A stretch of DNA of 64,000 bases from Mobula hypostoma (GCF_963921235.1 NC_086097.1:241306001-241370000), one strand, 5' to 3'; numbered from the stretch's first letter, positions 35,094 through 46,279 are shown. Numbers and translations are program-made. The notes: generated by a model from the letters alone, not told the origin.

Positions 35094-36804
35094 TTGTCAT
35101 TGTGCCGAGTACAGGTTCAAAGCCAATGAAATGCAGTTAGCATCTAACCAGAAATGCAAACAATAGTGTTATTTACAAAATAACTGCGAATAAAAAGTAA
35201 CTGCTACAGCACACAAATATGAAAGTACTGAGACAGTACAATATGGGTGCAATACTGCTTAGCGCTGTGATGTGAGGTTCAGCAGGTCGCAGCCTCAGGG
35301 AAGAAGCCCTTCCTGTGCCTGCTGGTGCGGGAGCGGAGGCTCCTGTAGCGCCTACCAAATGGGAGGAGAGTAAAAAGTCCATGGTTAGGGTGAGATGCAT
35401 CCTTGATAATGCTTTTCGCTCTGCCCAGGCAGCGTTTATGGTAGATGTTCTCAATGGGTGCCAATAATGCGCTGGGCAGTTTTCACCACCCGCTGGAGTG
35501 CTTTGCAGTCTGATACGGGACAATTGCCATACCACACTGAGGTGCAGTTGGTGACGGTGCTCTCAATGGTACAGCGGTAAAAGTTCGTCATTATCCTGGG
35601 ATAGAGGTGAGCTTTCTTGATGCGCCACAGGAAATAAAGGCACGGTTGCGCCTTTGTGATCAGGGTGGAGGAGTTCAGGGACCAGATGAGATCCTCGGAA
35701 ATGTGGACACCAAGGAATTTGAAGCTTGATACACGCTCCACTACAGCTCCGTTGATGTAGATGGGGAGGTGAGCGTGGCTCCTAGCATGCCTGAAGTCCA
35801 CAATGATCTCCTTGGTCTTCTGGGTGTTAAGGGACAGGTTGTTGTCAGCACACCATGCGGCCAGGTGCTGGACCTCGTCTCTGTCGGCCATCTCGTCATC
35901 CCCTCTGATCAGGCCAACCACCGTGGTGTTGTCTGCGAACTTGATAATGGAATTAGAACCGTGTACAGGAACGCAGTCATAGGTGAAAAGGGAGTACAGG
36001 AGAGGGCTCAGCACACAGCCTTGAGGCACGCTGGTGTTCAGGGTGAGAGTGGAGGAGGAGAGGTTGTCTAACTTACCAGATTGGGAAAGTCCAAGGTCCA
36101 GTTGCAGAGGGATGAGCTGATACCAAGCTGGCGAAGTTTGGCGATCAGCTTGGAGGGGATCACAGTATTGAATGCCGAACTAAAGTCAATGAACAGCATT
36201 CTGACGTAAGAGTTGGGGCTGTCCAGGTGGGTCAGGGCAGAGTGAAGTGCCGTGGAGATGGCATCCTCTGTTGACCTGTTGGTGCAATAGGCAAATTCAT
36301 GGAGGTCCAGGGTAGTGGGCAGACAGGATTTCAGATGTGATAGAACCAGTCTCTCAAAGCACTTTGCAATGATGGGGGTGAGTGCAACTGGGCGGGAGTC
36401 ATTCAGGCCTGTGGTAGTGGAATATTTCGGCACTGGCACAATGGTGGCGACCTTAAAGCTCGTAGGGACAACTACCTGGGCCAGGCTGATATGCCAAAAG
36501 CTTTCTTTACAACCCTGTGATGCCACTTCCAAGGAATTATGGATCTGTGTTCCCAGATTGTTCTCTTCTACCACACTCCTCAGTGCCCTACCATTCACTG
36601 TGTAAGACCTACCCTGGTTGGTCACCTCACGCCTGTCTGCATTAAATACCATCTGCCTTTTCTCAGCCCATTTTCCCATCTGGTCCAGGTCCCACTGCAA
36701 GCCATGATAGCATTCCTCACTGCCCACTGCACCCACGATCTTGATGTTACCTGCAAGTTTGCAGATCCAGTTTACCGCATTATCATCCAGGTTGTATATG
36801 GATG

Positions 36805-37215
36805 ACAAGTGACAATGGACCCAGGACTGAGTGATGAAATGGCATCTGCTATGGACCAATTGCTCCGGTAGTCAAATTGGAGTGGGTCCAAGTCGCTTCT
36901 CCGGGGGGAGTTGTTATGTTTCATCACCAAGCTCTCCAAGCACTTCTTCACAGTGGTTGTAAATGCTACTGGACGACAGTCATTGAAGCAGTTTACCATA
37001 TTCTTCTTAGGCACCGATATGAATGAAGCCTGCTTGAAACAGGTGGTCACCTCAAACTGCCAAAGCGAGAGATTAAACGCCTCAGTGAACACTCCAGCTG
37101 GCTGATCAGCACAGGTCTTTAATACTTGGCCAGGTACCGCATCAGGGCCGGGTGCTTTTCGTGGGTTCTGAATATGAACCTGAATATAGATCTGTCTTTC
37201 GGTTGGCTGAGAGAA
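36805..37215 (-). mobile_element. Rex1/Babar-type RT fragment
   Basis: NPRKAPGPDAVPGQVLKTCADQ...VPKK...CRPVAFT...DPLQFDYR. Confidence 0.8.
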
Positions 37216-37317
37216 CAAAACATAAGCTATTTAAGCTTGCTCATGACATGAGACTAAATGATGATTTGAGTAATCGTAACAATACGAATGGCCTCTCAAA
37301 GTCCAATGCTGCTGTGA

Positions 37318-37505
37318 GAGGTGGAAGTCCAGCCAACAGGTCTCTGGTGAAGCTGTACAGGCCAACCCCCCGTGCAGTGGACACAATGGGTTACAGAAAC
37401 ATTGACAAACTCCAACCATGCCATTGACTTTAGATAGTGGAGATGGGGGGTCATCAATGGCCTATGCTCCACTGGGAGCTGAGGACCCAAGGAGAAAGAA
37501 AGATG
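37318..37505 (+). mobile_element. Short non-autonomous RTE-tailed element (family A)
   Basis: CTCTGGTGAAGCTGTACAGGC...GTCATCAATGGCCTATGCTCCACTGGGAGC; homologous to the reverse complement of 541-750. Confidence 0.6.
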
Positions 37506-38159
37506 CAAGTGAGCTCAGAGATATAGAGACAAACTAAGTTAGCAGACAGCAATACGGCAGATAGGTACAATGTGGGAAAATGCAAGATGGCAAAAACAAG
37601 ACAGCTGGCTATCTTTTGATAGGTTCTTGATAGTTCTTGTTCCGGTGTTAGGGCATAGTCTGGAGTTAGGTTATATGGCAAAATATTAATTTCAGCAACC
37701 AATCTTTAGACATGAATGTGGATTGTAGATTAGATTTAAAATGCAGCCCTGGACAATAGTTTCCTGGAGCTGTGGACGCCAGTTAATTGAAAACCTGACA
37801 AAGCTGATTAACCTTCATTTTGGGTGTCTGGAGTGTGGGTGCAAAGAAGGATGTGGGAAAATTATATGTCATTGAAAGGAAGCTCTGTAGATACATTGTA
37901 ACTATAGAATTTTTCTGTCGCTACCTTTGATCTTTATCATATAAAGAGTCATGTAATATTGGGTCAAACAATTCCTCTGAGAGTGTCCCATTTTGTTGCA
38001 TAAACCACTTTGTATCCATTAGCTTCAGTGCCTCTCCAGTGACTTTATTCATATTACAACACCAGCAACTCGGTTGAATCCTGATCTTGGGTACTCCTGG
38101 TGTGAGGTTTGGACGTTCGACCAGTGACCATGTGGATTTCTGCCAAGTGTACCAGTTGA

Positions 38160-38535
38160 CAAGCTCCATTGTGGGCACTAACCTCCCCACCATTGAGAAC
38201 ATCTTCAAAAGGGAATGATTCAAGAAGGCAACATCCATCATTAAAGACCCTCACCATCCAGGGCATGCCCTCTTCTCATTGCTGCCATCAGAGAGGAAGT
38301 TCAGAGGCCTGAAGACATATGCTTAATGCTTTAGGAACGGCTTCATCCCCTCCACCATTAGATTTCTGAACGAACTGTGACGCCCATGAACTCTGCCTTA
38401 CCTTTCGCTCTCCTTTTACAGTACATTTAGTTTTTTCATATATTTCTTATTGTAACTTACAGTAATATTTTATATATTGCACGGAACAACACATTTCATG
38501 ACATACACCAAAATAATAAACCTGATTCTGATTGT
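38160..38535 (+). mobile_element. Rex1/Babar-type 3' fragment
   Basis: SIIKDPHHPGHALFSLLPSERK remnant; AATAAACCTGATTCTGATT tail. Confidence 0.75.
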
Positions 38536-38659
38536 GATTCGTCTACTGTCACACTCCAAAGGCGCTCTGAATAGGGTAATTGGAAACTACAAAAAAAAGT
38601 TGTGCAAATGAATGGCAGGAGATTCAGGGAGGCAGTGATGGGCATGTGAGAGAGTCAAT

Positions 38660-38885
38660 CACAAACAAGAGTAAATCTGCAGATGCTGGAAATCCCAGCA
38701 ACACACACAAAGTACTGGAGGAACTCAGCAGGCCAGGCAGCATCTATGGAAAAGAGTACGGTCGATGTTTCGGCCCAAATCCCGCATCCTGCCGAAGGGT
38801 TTGAGCCCGAAACGTCAATTGTACTCCTTTCCATAGATGCTGGCTGACCTGCTGAGATCCCCCACCATTTTGTGCATGTTGCTCA
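38660..38885. repeat. Fold-back (inverted dimer) of Penelope-like termini with two opposed degenerate hammerhead motifs
   Basis: CTCAGCAGGCCAGGCAGCATCTATGGAAAAGAGTAC mirrors GTACTCCTTTCCATAGATGCTGGCTGACCTGCTGAG; centre has TTTCGG...(minus core) and CTGCCGA...GAAACGTC (plus core). Confidence 0.75.
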
Positions 38886-39802
38886 GTATGTGAGAGAGAC
38901 TGGGCTTAAGATAAATGAGACGACTGGGTGTGCTCTGAGGGGTGAGCATACCTGAGATGGGCTAATGTTGTAATGCTGATTGAAGCTGTTCTTCAGCCTG
39001 GTGGATTTGTGTACAAGTGTAAACTTGTGTTCCAGCTTCTGTTTGATGGAGTGAGGAGAAGATTATTGGTCTTTGATTAAGCTGGCTGCTTTACTGAGGC
39101 AGTGAGAAGTCTAGACAGAGTCCGTAGAGGGGTGGCTTGTTGCTGTCACGTGCTGAGCTGTGTCTACAATTCTCCGCAGTTTCTTGTAGATACGGGCAGA
39201 ATATTTGATCCCATGGTGCATCTGGGTAAGATCTGGGTATGGCGCATTGAACATACCAATTTCTGTGAAATTTTAATTCATTGTTAATGTTTGGCAAATA
39301 TTCTTGTTCCAGAAATCTATGTGGTTTGAGAACCCATTTTTTTATACTTAAAGCAGTCCCAGTTTATTCAGTTTTTCTTTCCCCAAGAAATATTGCTAAG
39401 CAGTGTAAATATATTTATCTGAAATTTCAAACACAGCTTTTGTTTCCCCTGGTCTCTATTGTCACAAGACCAAGATACTACATTTAGGTGCCCAATCAGC
39501 ACCTCAGAACAGGGAGCTGAGAATCATGGGAAGGTTAGCCATGTTGACCTTAGACCGGTGTAGGTTCCAATCCTACAAAACTAGCTGGGCTACTAGACTC
39601 TGAAGTTAGTGATACTATGGTTAGAATAGATGTCGATGACTACAATGTAGGTCCTTCAATGAGTGATTAAACACCGAACAAGAAATAAATCCAGGGAAAA
39701 AGAAACAATAGAGAGGCAGACTGAATGGATTTGAGTTTTCCTGCTCCTACCTCATTTGGAGGGTTGAGTTCAAAGCTTCTCACAAGATCATTATCTGAGT
39801 TG

Positions 39803-39833
<31 letters not shown>

Positions 39834-40295
39834 TTTGTGTGTGTGAGAGAGAATTAGCGTGTGAGAGAGTGAGTTTGTGTGTGAGAGAGAGAGTTTATGT
39901 GTGAGAGAGAGAGTTAATGTGTGTGAGGGATAGTTTATGTGTGTGAGGGAGAGTTTATGTGTGAGAGAGAGTTTGTGTGTGTGAGAGAGAGTTAGTGTGT
40001 GAGAGAGTGAGTTTGTGTGTGAGAGAGAGAGTTTGTGTGTGAGAGAGTTAGCGTGTGAGAGAGAGAGTTAGTGTGTGAGAGAGTGAGTTTGTGTGTGAGA
40101 GAGAGAGTTTATGTGTGTGAGAGAGAGTTTGTGTGTGTGAGAGAGAGTTAGCGTGTGAGAGAGTGAGTTTGTGTGTGAGAGAGAGAGTTTGCGTGTGAGA
40201 GGGTTTATATGTGTCTGTGAGAGAGTGTGTGTGAGAGAGAGAGTTTGCGTGTGAGAGAGTTGATGTGTGTGAGAGAGAGTTTATGTGTGTGAGTT

Positions 40296-40327
<32 letters not shown>

Positions 40328-40328
40328 C
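39803..40328. repeat. Compound (GT)n(GA)nGTT microsatellite-derived minisatellite
   Basis: Many variable units of GTGTGT-GAGAGA-GTT(T/A) flanked by pure (GT)n runs. Confidence 0.95.
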
Positions 40329-41114
40329 AAAAGAATTTGTGCATGTATGCGAAAGAGAGCTTGAGTGTGTTTGTGAATAAAGTTCATTTGTACAGGGATC
40401 TAACTGGAGTCCTGACATTTAACTCAAAGGTATAGCACACCCAGGTAAAAAACACTTAAAGAGATATTAGTGGAAATGCTGAGAAATCACAGGAATGACA
40501 GTTCTAAAAGGAACACGTTTCCACTCTATTAGCTGTGCTGAAGAAACAGCTGCACATGAGCATATTGTCGACTCACTATTGTACGAGCACCTGACTCATC
40601 AAAGCACAGCTAATCACGTCTTCCACCCTCACATTTCAAGACAATGATCCTCTTTGATTTACCTTGGCAACCAGTTAACGAGTGAGCAGTTAAACGCATC
40701 TGACACCAAATCTGAATTAGAACAGTGAAAACAACTTGCACTTAACTAATCCCCTTCCCAACATGGGAAAGCTAAAGGAAATAAGACAAGATAGGATTCA
40801 CTTTGCATCTGTGAAACTCCTGCAAGTTCTTTGTCAATATTGTCTCAGAGACAACCATAAGATGCACTTAATCCTCTGCTGGCCAGTTGGCTGAGGGTAG
40901 AATGTTGTCCCAGATATTGGGAGAGCTCACCATTATTTTTCAAGTTGAGCCAAAAGAGCTTTAATGATCACATATTCTCAACTCTTGTTCTCAGTATTAG
41001 AACATAGAACATTACATCACAGTATAGGCCCTTCAGCCAACAATGCTGTGCTGACCTTTACAACTACTCTAAGATGTGAGGAGAGGGAAGAGCTAAAGAT
41101 GACTTAAGGCTTTT

Positions 41115-42960
41115 ACTGACCTGGGCAACTTCTTCCAGTTTATCCATGAAACAGTTAATTTCTTCCCTTTTAATGTCTTTTCTTCCAATTTCAGGGTGGC
41201 TGGGATCCTGTCGGAGTCCGTGATTGGCAGCTGCTCTCAAACTGTGGTTCTTCATGGCAGTGAGTTCTCGCGGAGCTCACCGAGCAGCCTGGTGTATTTT
41301 GGTATTTCCAGGTGCCACCTGGAGGATGTGCACCTTCGGGGTGCGGCCCTGTGGACAACCCGATTCCTCACTGGTGTCACTGACTGAAACATCGAGACGG
41401 CAGTGTACGCTACTGTCAAAAGAAGCAACACTGCAGCTTGTAGCACCGAAACAGCGAGCTGATGATCTCCCTCTTGCTGTGTTTCAGGACTGGAGCATCC
41501 CTCGTTAGTGAGAGCAAGAGTCCGTTTGAGATACTGAAGTGTTGGGACAGACAAGGTCCCGCATGGGAGGTTAGTTAGGAAAATTCAGTCGCTAGGTATA
41601 CATGGAGAGGTGGTAAATTGGATTAGACATTGGCTCGATGGAAGAAGCCAGAGAGTGGTGGTAGAGAATTGCTTCTCTGAGTGGAGGCCTGTGACTAGTG
41701 GTGTGCCACAGGGATCAGTGCTGGGTCCATTGTTATTTGTCATCTATATCAATGATCTGGATGATAATGTGGTAAATTGGATCAGCAAGTTTGCTGATGA
41801 TACAAAGGTTGGAGGTGTAGTAGACAGTGAGGAAGGTTTTCAGAGCCTGCAGAGGGACTTGGACCAGCTGGAAAAATGGGCTGAAAAATGGCAGATGGAG
41901 TTTAATACTGACAAGTGTGAGGTATTGCACGTTGGAAGGACAAACCAAGGTAGAACATACAGGGTTAATGGTAAGGCACTGAGGAGTGCAGTGGAACAGA
42001 GGGATCTGGGAATACAGATACAAAATTCCCTAAAAGTGTCGTCACAGGTAGATAGGGTCGTAAAGAGAGCTTTTGGTACATTGGCCTTTATTAATTGAAG
42101 TATTGAGTATAAGAGCTGGAATATTATGATGAGGTTGTATAAGGCATTGGTGAGGCCGAATCTGGAGTATTGTGTTCAGTTTTGGTCACCAAATTACAGG
42201 AAGGATATAAATAAGGTTGAAAGAGTGCAGAGAAGGTTTACAAGGATGTTGCCGGGACTTGAGAAACTCAGTTACAGAGAAAGGTTGAATAGGTTAGGAC
42301 TTTATTCCCTGGAACGTAGAAGAATGAGGGGAGATTTGATAGAGGTATATAAAATTATGATGGGTATAGATAGAGTGAATGCAAGCAGGCTTTTTCCACT
42401 GAGGCAAGGGGAGAAAAAAACCAGAGGACATGGGTTAAGGGTGAGGGGGGTAACGTTTAAAGGGAACATTGGGGGGGCTTCTTCACACAGGGAGTGGTGG
42501 GAGTATGGAATGAGCTGCCAGACGAGGTGGTAAATGAGGGTTCTTTTTTAACATTTAAGAATAAATTGGACAGATACATGGATGGGAGGTGTATGGAGGG
42601 ATATGGTCAGTGTGCAGGTCAGTGGGACTAGGCAGAAAATGGTTCGGCACAGCCAAGAAGGGCCAAAGGGCCTGTTTCTGCGCTGTAGTTTCTATGGTTC
42701 TATGGTTCATGGACAGTAGTTTTTTGATGGACTCTAGATCATGGCCTTGCTGTTGCTTGCAAGGTGGCTGGTGGGGGAGGCGGGCGGGTTGATGATTCTG
42801 CTGGAGCAATTGTGAGGAGGGGGAGGAGGGCTTTGGGGTGCTAATGTCTTCTGTCATTCATTCTTTGGAGGTTTTCTTCCTTTTCATGGATGTCTGTGAA
42901 GAGTAAGAATTCTCTAATATTAAATTAAAGCGTCGAGCCATTGAACCATTGAAATCGATC
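41115..42960 (+). mobile_element. Non-coding interspersed repeat of unknown class, interrupted by a CR1
   Basis: CpG-rich 5' part at 41115-41550; resumes after the CR1 tail and ends in a Rex-like tail (CATGGATGTCTGTGAAGAGTAAGAAT...ATTAAA...ACCATTGA). Confidence 0.45.
41551..42710 (+). mobile_element. Young 5'-truncated CR1
   Basis: GVPQGSVLGPLLFVIYINDLD...[28 protein letters not shown]; (TTCTATGG)n tail; possible GGACAG TSD (41545-41550, 42711-42716). Confidence 0.92.
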
Positions 42961-43699
42961 TAATTTTCATTTTGCTTGAAAATAATCAATCAAATAATTT
43001 TTTATTTGCACAATTTGTCTTCTTTTACACGTTGGTTGTCAGTCTTTGTTTATGTAGTATTTTTCATAAATTCTATTGTATTTCTTTATTTTCCTGTAAA
43101 TGCCTGCCAGAAAATAAATCTGTATATGCCGTACTGTTATGTACTTTGATAATAAATTTTACTTGGGCGAACTTTGACTTTGACTGAAGGCCAAAGGACC
43201 TGTGTACAAGTGTTTAGATCTTCCTTAGTGTCAATTTACCCTTATGCTTGATAGGTCTCTGCTTGGGTCCAGTGTAGGTGACTCCAGAAATATAAGAAGA
43301 CTTCAACTTCAACTCTGGTTCCATTGGGAGGCCCAGGGTTACTAGGAAGAGTAAACATTCAGTGGCATCTACTGTGAGCTGACTTCAGCTGAGAAATAAG
43401 ATGCTTGATGCCTTTGAAAAGCCTTCCAACTTCCAGGGCCTGGGCTAGGATGAAGCATGGCTACCAGATCACTGAACTTATTCTCATTAGACATAGACCT
43501 TAAGGTATAAGAGCAAAATTAGGCCATGAACACCACCTTGATATTCCCTTTTTGCTCTATACTGATTCAGAATATTAGGATTTCAAGTTCTGGTGGATTC
43601 CTGGCCATTAATTCCTTTCCCCGGTGCTTTCTCAATGTGTAATACCCCTGTCTGAATCCTTAACTCCTCACTCCCTTTCATCATACCCTGTCACTAACA

Positions 43700-44095
43700 C
43701 CATAAGACATAGGAGCAGAATTAGGCCACTTGGCCCATGGAGTCTGTTCTGTCATTCCATCATGGCTGATTTATTGTCCCTCTCAACCCCATTCTCCTGC
43801 CTTCTTTCCATAACCTTTGACGCCCTTACTAATCAAGAACCTAACAATCTCTACTTTAAATAAACCAAATGACTTGGCTACCAAAGCCACCTGTAGCAAT
43901 GATTTTCACAGATTCACCACCCTCTGGCTAAAGAAATTCCTCCTCATCTCCGTTCTTAAGGGACATCCTTAAATTCTGAGTTGTGCCCTCTGATCCTAGA
44001 CTCTCTCACTTAAGGAAACATTATTTCCACATCCACTCTATCTTGGTATTTCAATATTCAGTGGGTTTCAATGAGATCCTCCTCATTCTTCCCCA
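43700..44095 (-). mobile_element. CR1 3' fragment
   Basis: CCATAAGACATAGGAGCAGAATTAGGCCA tail and antisense RRNFFSQRVVNL. Confidence 0.8.
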
Positions 44096-44189
44096 TTGGA
44101 CAGTGATTTTTAATAAATTGGATACTGTTGTTACAAAATAAATAGATTCACACTGCACAGATAAATGTAAGAAATGCAGTTTTTAAAAC

Positions 44190-44300
44190 CATCTCTCCCT
44201 CTCTCTTCCTCACTCTCATTCTCTTTATTTTTCTCTCTCTCTTGCTCTTTATCCTCCCTCTCTCACTCTCTCTCTTTCTCTCTCTCTCTCTCTTTCTCAC
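44190..44300. repeat. Degenerate (CT)n polypyrimidine microsatellite
   Basis: Directly visible. Confidence 0.85.
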
Positions 44301-44714
44301 ATCAGTAATAAAGATATTCATGTTTTCCTGACGGAGGTCAGTTTGAGGAAGGCTCTGTTTGTCTAATTAAACTTTGACCTCTGCTCTTCACCCCTGAGTT
44401 CCTGCCAATTACAAAGTTCAAACCCCAGAGGGAGTAGAGGAAGGCAAGGTTAGCACTGGGAATATACAAATCATCTCTTCCTGAATTGATCTCTGCTGCA
44501 AAATTTCACTTAGATTCATCGTGGATCTGACACCGAGGCACTTGTTTCAACAGACAGGGCTCAGACAGGAACTAATGATACTTAATCTCCATTGATCTGT
44601 ATTGATGTATGATGTGGTGCTTCAACCTTGTGATATGCCTAGTAATCTTCTGAATGAAAGTAACTTTAAATCCAAACAAGGCAGTGTGCTCAGAATGTGT
44701 GCAGTGTAGATGCA

Positions 44715-45575
44715 GCATGGCAGTGTAATGGTTAGCATAAAGCTATTCCAGCACCAGCGATCTGGGGTCAATACCGTCACGGTCTGTCAGTAGACCAGGT
44801 TTCATTCCCACCACTGTCTATAAAGAGTTTGTACGTTGGGTTTCTTAACATAGAGCATAGAAATCTATAGCACATTACAGGCCCTTCCGCCCACAATGTT
44901 GCACCAGCCCACGCAACTTACCCCAGAAACTACCTCGAATTTCCCTATAACATTGCCGTCCATTTTCTAAGCTCCATCCACCTAAAAGTCTCTTAAAAGA
45001 CCCTATGTATATGCCTCTATCACCTTTGCTGGCAGTGCATTCCGTGCACCCACCACTCTCTGCGTGAAAAACTTACCCCTGACATCCCCATTGTAACTAC
45101 TTCCAAGCACCTTAAAACTATGCCCCCTTGTGTTAGCCATTTCAGCCCTGGGAAAAAGCCTCTGGCTATCCACATGATCAATACATCTCATACACCTCTA
45201 TCAGCCGACCTCTCATCCTTTGTTGCTCTAAGGAGAAAAAGCTAATTTCACTCAACCTATTCTCATAAGGCATGCTCTCCAATCCAGACGTCATCTTTGT
45301 AAATCTCCCCAGCATTCTCTCTATAGTATCCACATCCTTCTTGTAGTGAGGTGAGCAGAATTGAGCGTTTTGCTTTTCTCCTATATTCCAAGGATGTACA
45401 GGTTATGGATAGTAAGTTGTGTGCATGCTGTGTTGATCCTGAAAGCATGGTGACACTTGAAGGCTGCCCCCAGCACGTCCTTGGACCGTGTCAGGTGTTG
45501 ATGAAAGTGATGAATTTTACAGTGTTTCCATGTTCTGACGTGAATGTGACAAATAATTAAGCCAATTTTTTATCT
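44715..45575 (+). mobile_element. tRNA-derived SINE interrupted by a CR1
   Basis: Head GCATGGCAGTGTAATGGTTAGC; body resumes at about 45366; tail ATGTGACAAATAATTAAGCC as in 12437-12815. Confidence 0.6.
44847..45365 (-). mobile_element. CR1 3' fragment
   Basis: Minus ORF 45003-45191 DSQRLFPRAEMANTRGHSFKV...FFTQRVV; AACATAGAGCATAGAA tail. Confidence 0.85.
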
Positions 45576-45674
45576 TCTCTGAACATTCCTCCTTTATGAT
45601 CCAGAATTATTCCCCCAGGAACACTAGTTTATATGCCAGAAGAAAATGCAAAGTGTCACGATGTACACTGACAA

Positions 45675-46012
45675 TGTTGGAACCGAAGCGCGGAGGAAAG
45701 ACAGACTCCAATATAGAGATGGCAATGAAAAGTTTATTCATAAGGGTTCCAACAGAATTTCAGTGGCTTAGCTGAGCAACCCTGGGAGACAAAACTAGGA
45801 CCCCATAATTAGCACTAATCAGGCATCTGCTTAAGTAGTACAAGTAACACAGTATCCCCCAGCCTATCAAAATCAGCTTTACAGGATTAAACAGAAAGCA
45901 CCAGGAGACTGCATTACAAAACGTGAGTCACTCAAGAAAAAACATAAGGAACTCTAAATGGTTAATGACTCTCGTTAAACAATAATTAACCAATATTCTC
46001 CAGCTCCCCACA
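45675..46012 (-). mobile_element. Candidate solo LTR (about 338 bp)
   Basis: TG...CA ends with imperfect terminal inverted repeats (TGTTGGAA / TGTGGGGA); on the minus strand a TATA-like TACTTAAG lies upstream of AATAAA (45733-45738). TSD ambiguous. Confidence 0.5.
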
Positions 46013-46279
46013 CAAGCCCAAAGAGCTCATTACAGCAGAGAGTGATATGCAGAGTACAAGTGGGCAGAGAAGCTATAGACAGCGCTGAGTTGGTGGTGGT
46101 CACCAGACATCTGGTTGAAGAAGGGATTTAAAGAAAATGCCTGGAGACCACATACAGAGCAAAGTGACACTCACAATGCGCAGCTGATCAGGATGAATTG
46201 GTAAGTCAACTCCAATGATGTAGATGAGTGGAAGACATTAAACCAGGTAGAATGTAAGTGCTTGCATCGATATATTCTA

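Larger units (their letters stand above)
32711..36483 (-). mobile_element. Rex1/Babar-type LINE (RT + 3' UTR) interrupted by a CR1
   Basis: [58 protein letters not shown]; (TCTAA)n tail at 32711-32731 separated from its AATA(AA) by the CR1. Confidence 0.88.
31845..36800 (-). mobile_element. Older CR1 acting as host of a nested stack (host pieces about 31845-32157, 32459-32710, 36484-36800)
   Basis: Antisense CR1 sequence ...CAATACATTGATTT| resumes |[48 protein letters not shown] remnant. Confidence 0.75.

Noticed and set aside
36068..36859. 263-aa ORF with two RT-like halves
   Set aside because: Junction of host CR1 RT and inserted Rex/Babar RT; catalytic motif degenerate (LAGNIK).
39803..40328. 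CRISPR-like or telomeric array
   Set aside because: No unique spacers, no constant repeat and no TTAGGG units; eukaryotic simple-repeat context.
40048..40387. His/Thr/Ser/Leu-rich ORFs
   Set aside because: Translation of the (GT)/(GA) microsatellite.
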